Shown: piece after piece, positions 29,907-39,927 of the stretch
Numbering within the stretch: position 1 is the first letter of the stretch
Layout: each line of letters begins with the position of its first letter
NCBI GenBank assembly: GCA_965228855.1
Contig: CBDDIJ010000003.1
Span: 3,424,001-3,488,000 of the forward strand
Direction: 5' to 3'
Source: Candidatus Obscuribacterales bacterium
Lineage (GTDB): Bacteria > Cyanobacteriota > Vampirovibrionia > Obscuribacterales > Obscuribacteraceae
DNA: 64,000 nt
The notes under the pieces: model-generated
The model's database searches: none
What the model saw: only the letters and a program-made list of their open reading frames with translations
What the model was told of the DNA's origin: nothing
Program-made: the position numbers and the translations under genes

Positions 29907-29963
29907 ACTAAGAACGGCATATAACCTACGTTTCGTCAGTCAGGAACTATTCTTTTGGTTTAC

Positions 29964-32324
29964 TCACCTGGCTTTTGGCGCTTTCGGTTTATCCTCTTTA
30001 GCTGGTTTAGCTTCTTTTGCCTTTCTGGGCTCTTTGGTCTCGGACGCGACTTTGGAGGAACTCTTGTCGTCATCCTCGTTCAAATTGTCAAACGACAACC
30101 GCACTTTCCATTCATCGTTTATGACAAGACGAGCATCGTATGTACCGGAGCCGTCCTTCTTTTTGAATCCCTTGATAGTTTTCGTCGACTTGTGCTTTAC
30201 CAGTTCTTTCATCTGCGAGTCAGTCAAGGTCTTTCCATAACACTCGCGCCAGATACTGAAAGTGCATCCTTCTCGCCATCGACTGCAACCCGCGCCCTTA
30301 GGCGTTTGACGAACATCTCCGCCCTTGCATTGCGGACAGCTCCCGAAACTGGGATAGTTCGAATTACTTTCCGGTTTCTTCCCATTCTTGTCGGGCACAT
30401 AAGGCATCGCCGGTAATTTTGCTGTGCTTGACGTTACAGCCGGCAAAATTCTACGGACAAACTCGGCGATATCACCTTCGAATTGATCGAGATTCAACTT
30501 TCCATCCTGCATATCTGCAAGCCGTTGCTCCCAGGAGGCAGTCAAAGCAATGTCCTTCAAATCGTTGTGGACATGCGCAATTAGCGCCCGGCCCTTCTCC
30601 GTCGGCACCAGATATTTTTTCTTTCGCTCAACATAACCAGTGCGCAAAAGCCGTTCAATAATTGCCGCGCGAGTCGCAGGCGTTCCCAACCCCTTCTGTT
30701 TCATGTAAACTGCAAGGTCTTCGTCATCGAGCTCCTGACCAGCGTTTTTCATGGCGCGCAATAACGTGCCGTCGTCGTATGGTTTCGGAGGGCTGGTCTT
30801 ACCCTTTTTCAGCTCCTCTTTGCGCTTCGGAACATTTTGTCCTTTATCGAGCGCAGGCAATTGTTGCCAATCCTCGGAATCGTCCTTGTCTTTCTTCTCG
30901 CCATCACCGTCGGCGTCCGCGTCTTTACCCTTCTTAGGTTTACTCTTCGCCTTTTCCTTTTCCAGCGCTCTTGGATCAACTTTCGTCCAACCCATATCTT
31001 TGATGATAAAACCGCGCGCACGAAAGTTGTGTTCGCCAATCGAAATTATTGCGGTGGTTTCATCGCGAACTTCAGGCGGCAAAAAGATGCTCAAGAACCG
31101 CGTGGCGACAAGCTGATAGATGTTGCGCTGTCGCTCTTGCAAATTAGCAGGCACATCGCCATATGTCGGGATAATCGCATGGTGATCGGTCAACTTCGCA
31201 TCATCGACATACGCTTTGCTCAAACGCGGACGAATGAGAGAAGCAGTAATTTTTCCAGGGACGATTCCTTCTTCAGCAAAGGCATCTCGGGCAGCCTGGC
31301 TAGTGACGGATTGCTTCAAAACCGCAGACAAAACTCGAGGCAACTCCTGGACCATGTCGGTGGAGATGTGGCGAGATTCAGTTCTCGGATACGAAATCAA
31401 CTTGTGCTCTTCGTACAGATTCTGCGCTATATCAAGAGTCTCTTGCGCAGTGTATCCGAAACGTTTGTTCGCATCACGTTGCAGCGTCAGCAAATCATAG
31501 AGCGCTGGCGGTTTCGTCTTCTTCTCAACGGTTTCAACTGATAAAACCGTTCCGGCCGGTTGCGGTTTTATCGCATCAAAAATCGCTTTGGCTTCCGCCT
31601 CGGTCTTTAATCGAGTCTGAGGTTCCTTGCCTGGCGTGATGTATCGAGCCATGAAACCAGGTTCGAATGTCGCGACAATTTCAAAAAATTCGTTCGTTTT
31701 AAAATTGTCTATTGCGATTTGGCGATCGACAATCAGTGCCAGTGTTGGCGTTTGTACTCGACCTATGGTGCAAAGCTGTTTGTTTATCGAGGTATATGCC
31801 CGCGTAAAATTCAGGCCCACGACCCAATCGGCTTGCGCCCGTGCTGATGCGGCATGTGCAAGATTATCGAACTCGTCGGACGATTTCAGTTTTTTCAACC
31901 CGTCGCGAATGGCATCGGCAGTTAGAGAACTGATCCAGAGTCGTTCTACCGGCTTGGCACTACCGCTCAACTTGTAAATCAAACGGAAGATGTGCTCGCC
32001 CTCTCTCCCCGCGTCTGTCGCGCAGATAATCGAGCTGGTCTTGGAATCGACGAAAAATTTCTTGATTACATTGAACTGCTTTATCGTCTTATCGACGATC
32101 TTATATTTCCACTGTTCTGGAATCATAGGCAGTTGCGCAATTCGCCACGGCCCGCCCCAAGCCGGGTTCATCTCTTCCGGTTCCGCCAGTGATACCAGAT
32201 GACCGAACGCGTACGTGACGACGTAATCATTGCCTTCGTAATAGCCGTCTTTGCGACTGTTCGCCCCGACAACGGCAGCGATGTCTTTTGCAACAGAAGG
32301 TTTTTCGGCAAGAACAACTTTCAT
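29964..32324 (-). CDS. topB: DNA topoisomerase III (type IA)
   Basis: AEKPSVA Toprim, ATDAGREGE, GRVQTPTL, catalytic ISYPRT, GLGTPATRA, C-terminal zinc ribbon. Confidence 0.93.
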   Translation of the reverse strand: MKVVLAEKPSVAKDIAAVVGANSRKDGYYEGNDYVVTYAFGHLVSLAEPEEMNPAWGGPWRIAQLPMIPEQWKYKIVDKTIKQFNVIKKFFVDSKTSSIICATDAGREGEHIFRLIYKLSGSAKPVERLWISSLTADAIRDGLKKLKSSDEFDNLAHAASARAQADWVVGLNFTRAYTSINKQLCTIGRVQTPTLALIVDRQIAIDNFKTNEFFEIVATFEPGFMARYITPGKEPQTRLKTEAEAKAIFDAIKPQPAGTVLSVETVEKKTKPPALYDLLTLQRDANKRFGYTAQETLDIAQNLYEEHKLISYPRTESRHISTDMVQELPRVLSAVLKQSVTSQAARDAFAEEGIVPGKITASLIRPRLSKAYVDDAKLTDHHAIIPTYGDVPANLQERQRNIYQLVATRFLSIFLPPEVRDETTAIISIGEHNFRARGFIIKDMGWTKVDPRALEKEKAKSKPKKGKDADADGDGEKKDKDDSEDWQQLPALDKGQNVPKRKEELKKGKTSPPKPYDDGTLLRAMKNAGQELDDEDLAVYMKQKGLGTPATRAAIIERLLRTGYVERKKKYLVPTEKGRALIAHVHNDLKDIALTASWEQRLADMQDGKLNLDQFEGDIAEFVRRILPAVTSSTAKLPAMPYVPDKNGKKPESNSNYPSFGSCPQCKGGDVRQTPKGAGCSRWREGCTFSIWRECYGKTLTDSQMKELVKHKSTKTIKGFKKKDGSGTYDARLVINDEWKVRLSFDNLNEDDDKSSSKVASETKEPRKAKEAKPAKEDKPKAPKAR

Positions 32325-32506
32325 GCGAATACATCCAATACTCTTACAGTTGGCTATTTTTGCCGATCTTGGACAAAAAATAAAGACTTGCCGGATCTAC
32401 CTTTTATCCATATACAGATGTGCGGTAATGCGATAGTTTTGCAAGGACTTTGATTAGTAAATTCTCGGTTTTCTTAAACCGGTCTTAACCATGACGCCCG
32501 ACAATA

Positions 32507-32935
32507 ATGGCGTGTGGTCAGTTCGGTTACACGATCGAGGTTTTGAACATCATGAGTGACGCTGGTATTCCAGTTAATTTGATTACTCACTACCCGCCCC
32601 CTATGCTCTTACCTAAGCAGCTTGCCTCCAACATAGCGTGCATAACGCCTCGCTTAGTTGAACAGTTCAATGACCGGACGGATGAGTCGAGCGCCGAAGA
32701 AATGATGTCTTTGCGCTGCGACAACCTTCGTCTGACAGAAGAGTTGGAGCGTGCTCGCATGCATCCAATGTTCGACCCATCTCACGATCGCGTCAACGTC
32801 GATCACAGGTTGTGGCTGCGGCAACAAAATGATCTTCGCAGCTTGCAAGATTACAAAACACGCTATTACGTGTGCGCATTCATTATGCTGTTGATCGTGG
32901 TTCGATTCTGTTTGCACTTCATCGCCCACATTTGA
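32507..32935 (+). CDS. Hypothetical protein with C-terminal TM anchor
   Basis: 142 aa ORF filling the intergenic gap. Hydrophobic C-terminus. Confidence 0.45.
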   Translation: MACGQFGYTIEVLNIMSDAGIPVNLITHYPPPMLLPKQLASNIACITPRLVEQFNDRTDESSAEEMMSLRCDNLRLTEELERARMHPMFDPSHDRVNVDHRLWLRQQNDLRSLQDYKTRYYVCAFIMLLIVVRFCLHFIAHI

Positions 32936-32936
32936 G

Positions 32937-33725
32937 TTAAAAACCGGATGTAGATGCTGGATGCATTTCGGTATGATAGCCCATCGGGAAGCCCTCCGGA
33001 TGTTCGTCTACCCAATGTCCCTTTGTTCGCATCCGATCTTCATCCAGCCAAACTTTGCGATTGATGTCGGCGTACCCGTCAGGAAATTGCTCCTGTTGCA
33101 CATTCTTGACCCAGAGGTTTCTGATCGGTAGACGTTCGTAATACGAACCGACTTCCCCGGATTGGCTCTGCTCAGGCATTCCGAGAAACTCGTCACGTCC
33201 CCACGCATCAGGCATGACCGAACCGTGCCCTGTCGTCAATCCAACATTGCGTTCTCCACGAATGCCATTATTGATCCGATGAGCTTCTGTAAAAAACATA
33301 TATGGGGGCAGTTGTCCGCCACGTGACTCATCTCCGTAAATCAGCTCGGCGTCAGCACCTGCATTGAGGACAAAGCTGTCTATCCGAGTTGGCGGCAGTC
33401 CATTTCGCATACCGCTCACTTGAGGCACGTAACTGAGAGTGGTGGCACCGGTCGGACGAAGAGCGACACGCTGTTGATTGGTAAAGCGCGAGCGGTTTCC
33501 GCCCATTGCAGTGTTCGAGAGCGACTGCGCAAACCGTTTTCCAGAGGAGGCTTTAAAACTTTGCGCGTCTGCCGGTTGAACCGCCAGCGATACCATCATG
33601 GTCAGAAGAACGATGGCAGCTCCCGGAGCGAAGCGAAGAATCTCTCTCATAATAATAACCTCGAGTGAGGACGAGTTGAAACAAAGCAAAGACAGTTCTT
33701 TTGCCTTTTGTCGACGTTGTTTCAA
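32937..33725 (-). CDS. Secreted hypothetical protein
   Basis: Signal-peptide-like segment ending in ADA-Q after probable ATG ~33650. Confidence 0.6.
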   Translation of the reverse strand: MKQRRQKAKELSLLCFNSSSLEVIIMREILRFAPGAAIVLLTMMVSLAVQPADAQSFKASSGKRFAQSLSNTAMGGNRSRFTNQQRVALRPTGATTLSYVPQVSGMRNGLPPTRIDSFVLNAGADAELIYGDESRGGQLPPYMFFTEAHRINNGIRGERNVGLTTGHGSVMPDAWGRDEFLGMPEQSQSGEVGSYYERLPIRNLWVKNVQQEQFPDGYADINRKVWLDEDRMRTKGHWVDEHPEGFPMGYHTEMHPASTSGF

Positions 33726-33844
33726 ACTCGTTTAGCTAGTAAAAGTGTGAAAGTGTATACGAGCCGTTAACACCTAGACTATAGGCAGGCTTTGAGAGCT
33801 AATGGTGAAACTCAAATGCACAAAATCTGCACAATCGCGAAGTA

Positions 33845-34339
33845 TCAAGCCTTCGCTCTATTAGCCTCAACCATCTCTCGCATCCGGGGATGGTCACCCT
33901 CAATCGTCTTGATCCAACCTTCAAATTCAGGTACAGGCTCACCAACACGGAAGAGGAAATAATAGACACTCATTTCGCCGAGGAAACTAAACCGCTTTCT
34001 GATGTCCGCGACCAGCTCTTCATAAGTTTTTTTCGAGCGCAAATAATTCTGAAAACCACCGTGGGCTTTGTCCATTGCAAGAATAGTCCTTGCGTTTTTG
34101 ATCGTCGCAACGATTTTCTTTTTACTGTGCATGACATTAGGCTCAGTCATTAGCCTCTCTATATCAGCGTCTTCGAAACTCGAAATTGTTTCGACGTCGA
34201 AATCCTTGAAAGCCTTTTTGTAATACTCCCATCTGTTATCAATCTGCGCCCAACTGACACCAGCCTGAAAAACAGCTTGAGTTATTACCTCTAAATAGTC
34301 ATTCAATCGAGTAGGCGTAATTTGCTCAGGAATTGCCAT
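33845..34339 (-). CDS. DNA-3-methyladenine glycosylase I-like protein
   Basis: VFQAGVSWAQI, AFKDFD, KIVATIKNA, KRFSFLG typical of the Tag family. Canonical N-terminal Cys/His zinc ligands are absent. Confidence 0.8.
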   Translation of the reverse strand: MAIPEQITPTRLNDYLEVITQAVFQAGVSWAQIDNRWEYYKKAFKDFDVETISSFEDADIERLMTEPNVMHSKKKIVATIKNARTILAMDKAHGGFQNYLRSKKTYEELVADIRKRFSFLGEMSVYYFLFRVGEPVPEFEGWIKTIEGDHPRMREMVEANRAKA

Positions 34340-34476
34340 GCGCGTCCTTTGTTTAATAACCCATCGCCTAAAAGAATAGCACTGACGGCTGTCACGATTG
34401 CCGCCAGGAACACATAGGGTTATCCCTATGCGTTTTCTGGGGCAGCGCTCGTCGCTCTGCGCGTCAGTGAGGAGCT

Positions 34477-36882
34477 ATGCTGAGCCTAATCCTATCCAAT
34501 TTGACGGAGCGAATGCGTATGGCGCCGGATGACAAAAACTCCCTGACTACTCGCGAGCGGCTTGAATTCATGCTGGACAACGATTGTCCCGGCTCAACCG
34601 ACCATGGAAAGACGGGACCTACATCAGCGAATGGTTTAATTGAAACGCCTTCACAGAGGCGAGCATTTCTTGCGGGCGTCGCCTTCAGCGGTTTATTGGC
34701 GAGCAGCATCCTGCTTACCCATTATATTGATGGCAGATTGCAGCCTTCCGCAACAGAAGGCAGCTCCGCGTCGACTCGAAGGGTTGACGCCGTTGCGGCG
34801 ACTGGAACAGCCGGTACAACAGTGCCGGCTGTTTTGGCCGCATCTTCCATATCCCCCGCTCATAGTCCACTTACGAGTACACCGCCGCCTTCACATCCAG
34901 ACCCCCTGCCCGGTACGGGTCCGGCGCCCTCCAGTTTCATCTCTGACTCAGTACCACCACCTGTGCCACCATCTGAAAGCAAACCGCTATCAAAAATTTC
35001 CGGTTTGAGTACATCACGTTCAGTAATCACAGGCGTCGCAGATCCCCAGACCCTGACCGCGTCCTACTACTGGACCTTTACACTGAAAAACACCACGCGC
35101 TCCCAGCAAGAAGCGCAGATGAAAATTTCATTGCCTGACGGCGCCGTCGTTTCCCGCGCCACTCTGTGGATAAACGGCAAGGCACAAGAAGCTGCGTTCA
35201 ATTCGACAGAGACAGTAGAACAGGCTTACGACTGGATCGTAACCATGCATCGCGATCCCTTACTTATAAAACAAATAGATTCAAAACATATAAATGTGAA
35301 GGCATCACCAGTGATGCCCAATAAGGAAATGAAGATTCGAATTGGCATGACGGTTCCGATGACCGCGGCAGCTGACGGCTCAACACAGATGAAGTTTCCG
35401 CAAATCAGCGAAGCTAATCTGGACACCTCATGCGTCCAAAACATCCACATAACTTCGGACACGCCTATTTCTGGGAACAACACGCACCTGACCGCGACGC
35501 CGCACAAAGCCGGCTATTTACTGAAAGGAAACCTGACGACAGAAGACTTGAGCACTCTGCAAGTAACGATGGCAAGAAATTCGCAGCTGACACGCTTCGC
35601 TACAAGGGCGACGCATTCGTTTCCTCCGACCTTCATCATTGGTGAACTAAAACCGGACAATCAGGGTCTGAACAAGCTGATACTCAGCAAGGAAGAACTG
35701 AAACCGGATTGCCCTGTCCTGAACGATGACGATGCTGCATTTCGCCTGTCGTATCTTTGGGCAAAAGAAGAGATCGATCGCTTGATTCAAGACGGCGACC
35801 GGTATCAGGCCGTGGAGCTGGCAACCGTTTATCGAGTAGTCTCACCGGTTTCAGGCGCCGTTGTTTTAGAAAGGAACAGTGATTACGAATACAACGGCTT
35901 GGATCGGAATTTGTATCGTTCAATGTCTTACAGCAGACGGATGGCACCACAACAAATGCTCGAAGGAGAAGCCCAGGGTAGTGCAGGAGGTGCAGGAGGT
36001 GCAGGTGGTGCAGGTGGTTCGCCATTCGCTTACGATAAGACACCTCGGCCCTCTGCCGCACCTCAATCCGCGCCATCTCCTGACGCTTCGAAATCGAGTT
36101 CCTATCGAGCTACCGATGATCTATCAGCTGTCAGTGAGTCTTCGAAATTGTGGGCAACTGACTCTGTACATACGAAGCGTCGCTCTCAAACACATGCCGA
36201 AGCTAAGCAGCCGGGTCAGAGCAACGTTGTTGTATCACGCGCGGGCGCGGGTGCAACTGCACCTGCACGCAAAGCCGAACACGAACAGAGAGCATTATCC
36301 GCGGCATCAATGCCCGCGCCTTCGCCGATGATGGAAGCGAATAAAGCAACCACAAGCACCGAAAGAGATACCAACTTCAATTACTCGACCTCTCACGATG
36401 AGGAAAGCCAACGCGCTGCGACGGGAACGCTTCGGCTGAAAGCACCGACGCCAGGAAGGCTGGAGGCGGAACCAGTGAAGCCCGAGGTAGCCAGCGCGGA
36501 AACACCGTCTGACCGCCTGGTGAAACTTGCAGGACCTGTTGCAAATTGGCTGCAGCACAGCAGCGCCTTACGGGAAAACACCACGTTGGCAACAACGCTT
36601 CTCCTGGCATGTATCGGGCTGACCTTTGCGGGCGGTCTGGGACTATTGATAGTGGCAGCAATGCGCGGTTGCTTAAAACAACGAGGTGCTATGCAGCTTG
36701 CAGCTGCAGGAATTACCTGGCTATTTCTGGCAGCATGGTGGCCGTTATTCAGCCAGGTGACTTTTGTAGTATTCGGTTTAGCCTTCTTAGCGCAAATAAC
36801 GTGGAATAAAGCGAAACATCTAACTGTCGGAGGTCGAAGACTGGATGCACCGTCCGCGGTGCAACACCTGCGGACAAGATAG
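34477..36882 (+). CDS. VIT (vault/inter-alpha-trypsin) domain membrane protein
   Basis: WTFTLKNTTRSQQEAQMKISLPDGAVVSRATLWINGKAQEA, RDPLLI, VVSPVSGAVVLE. Low-complexity linker and C-terminal TM helices. Confidence 0.78.
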   Translation: MLSLILSNLTERMRMAPDDKNSLTTRERLEFMLDNDCPGSTDHGKTGPTSANGLIETPSQRRAFLAGVAFSGLLASSILLTHYIDGRLQPSATEGSSASTRRVDAVAATGTAGTTVPAVLAASSISPAHSPLTSTPPPSHPDPLPGTGPAPSSFISDSVPPPVPPSESKPLSKISGLSTSRSVITGVADPQTLTASYYWTFTLKNTTRSQQEAQMKISLPDGAVVSRATLWINGKAQEAAFNSTETVEQAYDWIVTMHRDPLLIKQIDSKHINVKASPVMPNKEMKIRIGMTVPMTAAADGSTQMKFPQISEANLDTSCVQNIHITSDTPISGNNTHLTATPHKAGYLLKGNLTTEDLSTLQVTMARNSQLTRFATRATHSFPPTFIIGELKPDNQGLNKLILSKEELKPDCPVLNDDDAAFRLSYLWAKEEIDRLIQDGDRYQAVELATVYRVVSPVSGAVVLERNSDYEYNGLDRNLYRSMSYSRRMAPQQMLEGEAQGSAGGAGGAGGAGGSPFAYDKTPRPSAAPQSAPSPDASKSSSYRATDDLSAVSESSKLWATDSVHTKRRSQTHAEAKQPGQSNVVVSRAGAGATAPARKAEHEQRALSAASMPAPSPMMEANKATTSTERDTNFNYSTSHDEESQRAATGTLRLKAPTPGRLEAEPVKPEVASAETPSDRLVKLAGPVANWLQHSSALRENTTLATTLLLACIGLTFAGGLGLLIVAAMRGCLKQRGAMQLAAAGITWLFLAAWWPLFSQVTFVVFGLAFLAQITWNKAKHLTVGGRRLDAPSAVQHLRTR

Positions 36883-36892
36883 TAGCCTTCTA

Positions 36893-39148
36893 TCAATCAC
36901 CGCTCTCGAGCGGTTCGAGCGATTCCATCACTTCCGAGCCGGCATCGGAATCGCCCTGCAAACGAACCCCCGGATGTTCCTTTTTAAACCGAAGACGCGC
37001 GATTTTGCTGATTCCCGGACAACCGGTAAGCACGACGAATCGAAGTTTCTGACACTTCGAGAGCTTTGCCAGGCCGGCATCGGTGATGCGTGGATTTTGA
37101 GCCAGCCAGAGAGTGTTTAGCTTGGGCAATGTAACAAGCATTTCCAGATTTTCGTCGGTGAGATCCAAATTGCCTAAACGCAAATGGGCCAAGTTTCTAA
37201 ATTTCACCACATACGGTATCACTGAGTTGTCTAGTTTTGTCCCTGTGAGATCAAGAAAAGATAGTTGCTGCAAAGGAACTAAGCGAGCGATGTCGGAAAC
37301 TTTAATATTTCTCGCATTGTAAAGACTGAGCAGCGACAATTTCGTCAGTTTCGAGATAGACTCAATTGAACCATCGGGCACAGTCATCACGTTGAGGTTA
37401 AGTCCCTGCAACGCAGGTAATGTAGTGAGTTCACGCATACCGGCAGCAGTTATCTTTGACTCAATGCAGATTCGTAAAACTGCGAGCGTCTTCAACTCCG
37501 ATATGACCTTCAAACCCTCGTCGGTAAGTCCGGTTGACTTAATCGAAATCTCCTTCACCCCGCGCCCGCGAAGGGAATCAAAGCCGGTTCCCGTCACGAA
37601 ATCAGTCAGGCTGACGTTGATGTGTGATAGATCTTTCTCTTTCAGAAGCTGCTTGAAGTCTTCGTCTTTCAAATTCGGTCCGGAAGTCCAGCCGATATTT
37701 CCAGTGCCATCCAGTCCCTCGTACCAGGTGTCGGATTCTAAAGTATCGATAGCGTCGCCCAACTTGGGCTCCTCGTAAGCTCTTGGCTTAGTGGCGGTGT
37801 CAACGGTCTCACTATTCTTTTGCTCCCCTCGAAAAATGAATGCACCAGCCGCGGTGCAGACTAAGAGAATTACAATTGCTGCTATGGCTAGCTGCTTGCC
37901 TCCGTACGCAGACGCAGTCGCCGTCGAACCAAGCACTTCGGAGGTCTCTTCAATTTGATTGTTGAAAAACTGCGTTGACTCCAAATTGCCGACTTCAATC
38001 AAAGCTTGTTTGAGGTCAGCAAAGTTTTGAAATCGGTCAGCCGGAGATTTTTCCAGACACGTTGCAATTACGTCATCGATCGCCTCTGAAAACACGTTTG
38101 AGTCCAGAAATTCGCTCAATGCCGGCGGAGGCGTATGCGCATGCATCGACAAAATCTCGAGCGCAGTGGGAGCCTCGAACGGCAACCTCCCGGTCAAGAC
38201 TTCGAACATTACGCAGCCAAAAGAATAAATTTCCGACCGCTCGTCAAAAGCCAAACCTTTTACCTGGTCGGGACTCATATAGGCTGGAGAACCGGCTGCA
38301 GAATTGTCCTGCTGGTCAGCCTCCTGGCGAAGCACGCCCACACCGAAATCTATTAGCCAGGGCCGCAATTCACCTGTGGAGGTGCCACCAACTATGATAT
38401 TAGTCGGTTTAACATCGCGGTGAAAAAGGTTGCGCTTATGCGCGTAGTTCAAAGCATCGCATAGCTGAACAAAGATCGGCAATGCCTCGTCGATGTCGAT
38501 TGAGCCTCGTTGAACAAGCAATTCGTCCAAACTGTGACCGTCAACAAATTCGATGACCATGTAAGGGAAGTTACCGTCGCTGACGCCGAAGTCAAAAACC
38601 TTGGCGATGTTTGGATGCTCGAATTGGCTTGTCGCCTTTGCTTCGCGTTGAAATGCTATCAGCTGTTCGCTCGTCAAATTATTTAAAACCTTAACAGCTA
38701 CTTTCTTTTTCAGCAGGCGATCCCGGCACAGATACACGGTTCCACTGGCTCCCATGCCAATCCGGCGCAACGGTTGATATCGTTCAACAGGGAAACTGCT
38801 CTTATCGACCGCTATTTCTGTCAGTTGATCGGATGCATCTTCTTTTTCACTTTCGCCCTGAAGAGGCACATCGAGAGTGGCTTGATCTGAAGACGCAATC
38901 CATGATGGCTTGTCACAAGCACAGATGTCCGCCCGAAAGATCCACTGGGTAAGCGTACCCGCTCTTCCGATTTCACTTCGCTTGCCGCAGTGAGCGCAAA
39001 TGTTGATTGGAGAAGCAAGGGTCTTATCAGACTCAGGGCGATTGCAATGGCAAACCTTAATCCACTGAGTCAGACTCCCAGAGCCTTTCTTCTCGAGTGG
39101 CATGTGACACTTAGGACAATTTTTTATCTCTTCTAAATCGCTGGTCAT
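36893..39148 (-). CDS. Receptor-like Ser/Thr kinase: tandem Cys-rich N-terminal module, kinase, TM, leucine-rich repeats
   Basis: IGMGASG, HRDVKPTN, DFG, GSPAYMSPDQ, TM, LRRs. Paralog of 22706-25078. Confidence 0.9.
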   Translation of the reverse strand: MTSDLEEIKNCPKCHMPLEKKGSGSLTQWIKVCHCNRPESDKTLASPINICAHCGKRSEIGRAGTLTQWIFRADICACDKPSWIASSDQATLDVPLQGESEKEDASDQLTEIAVDKSSFPVERYQPLRRIGMGASGTVYLCRDRLLKKKVAVKVLNNLTSEQLIAFQREAKATSQFEHPNIAKVFDFGVSDGNFPYMVIEFVDGHSLDELLVQRGSIDIDEALPIFVQLCDALNYAHKRNLFHRDVKPTNIIVGGTSTGELRPWLIDFGVGVLRQEADQQDNSAAGSPAYMSPDQVKGLAFDERSEIYSFGCVMFEVLTGRLPFEAPTALEILSMHAHTPPPALSEFLDSNVFSEAIDDVIATCLEKSPADRFQNFADLKQALIEVGNLESTQFFNNQIEETSEVLGSTATASAYGGKQLAIAAIVILLVCTAAGAFIFRGEQKNSETVDTATKPRAYEEPKLGDAIDTLESDTWYEGLDGTGNIGWTSGPNLKDEDFKQLLKEKDLSHINVSLTDFVTGTGFDSLRGRGVKEISIKSTGLTDEGLKVISELKTLAVLRICIESKITAAGMRELTTLPALQGLNLNVMTVPDGSIESISKLTKLSLLSLYNARNIKVSDIARLVPLQQLSFLDLTGTKLDNSVIPYVVKFRNLAHLRLGNLDLTDENLEMLVTLPKLNTLWLAQNPRITDAGLAKLSKCQKLRFVVLTGCPGISKIARLRFKKEHPGVRLQGDSDAGSEVMESLEPLESGD

Positions 39149-39243
39149 GGTGTGTAAAATCGCCGATCCAATGGAATATACCCGTTGCGGCGACCCGGTG
39201 CGCTGGTGTTATTATTGAAACGTATAGAACCCGGGCAGAATCG

Positions 39244-39921
39244 ATGGTCGCAGTTTCCGAAAAGCAAAGCGAACAGCTTCAAAAAGGAAAGAAACGGTGG
39301 CTCTGGCTGTTGCTTCTTCCCATCCTGCCGCTCTGCGCCATGGTGCTCATCTATCTGGAAGTCGAAAGTCATCAGGGCTCCATTTACGAAAGTCGCAATG
39401 TCGAGAGTGTTCCTCAAATGCCTGCAGCGATTGTGTTTGGAGCTGGGATAAATTCGCGTGAGTTTCACGACCGAGTTAGAACGGCAGTGTCGCTTTACAA
39501 GTCAGGAAAAGTTGCCAAACTTCTCATGACCGGCGACAACCGCCATATGAATTACAACGAGCCAATCGCTATGAAAAAGGCGGCGGTTTCACTGGGAGTG
39601 CCCGAGCAAGACATCACCTGTGATTTTGCTGGGTTCCGCACCTACGATAGCATCTACAGAGCGCGCGATATTTTTGGGCTTCGGCAAGCCATTCTGGTTA
39701 CGCAGCGTTATCATCTACCTCGGGCAATTTTTCTGGCTCAAAGCCTTGGGCTGGAGGTAGTAGGCGTAGACGCCGCGGTTCGCTCGTACGGAGCCTGGCA
39801 AAAATGGTACGACCTGCGCGAGATTGCAGCGGCCGAAGCGGCCTGGCTAGACGTAATGACCCAGCGGAAACCAAAATTTCTCGGCAAAAAGGAACCTTTA
39901 TTTCCAGAAGCAGAGGGGTAA
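39244..39921 (+). CDS. sanA: SanA/YdcF (DUF218) family membrane protein
   Basis: AAIVFGAG, LLMTGDN, YNEP, DFAGFRTYDS, VTQRYHLPRA, LREIAA, PKFLG. Confidence 0.82.
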   Translation: MVAVSEKQSEQLQKGKKRWLWLLLLPILPLCAMVLIYLEVESHQGSIYESRNVESVPQMPAAIVFGAGINSREFHDRVRTAVSLYKSGKVAKLLMTGDNRHMNYNEPIAMKKAAVSLGVPEQDITCDFAGFRTYDSIYRARDIFGLRQAILVTQRYHLPRAIFLAQSLGLEVVGVDAAVRSYGAWQKWYDLREIAAAEAAWLDVMTQRKPKFLGKKEPLFPEAEG

Positions 39922-39927
39922 CCCAGC

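Noticed and set aside
32429..32443. TGCG-N7-TGCA upstream of topB as an extra WYL site
   Set aside because: Lacks the flanking C/G and the N10-TAnnnT geometry; a few matches this short are expected by chance in 64 kb.
33827..33841. TGCA-N7-TGCA downstream of the Tag-like gene as a WYL site
   Set aside because: Weak match with no properly spaced -10 element.
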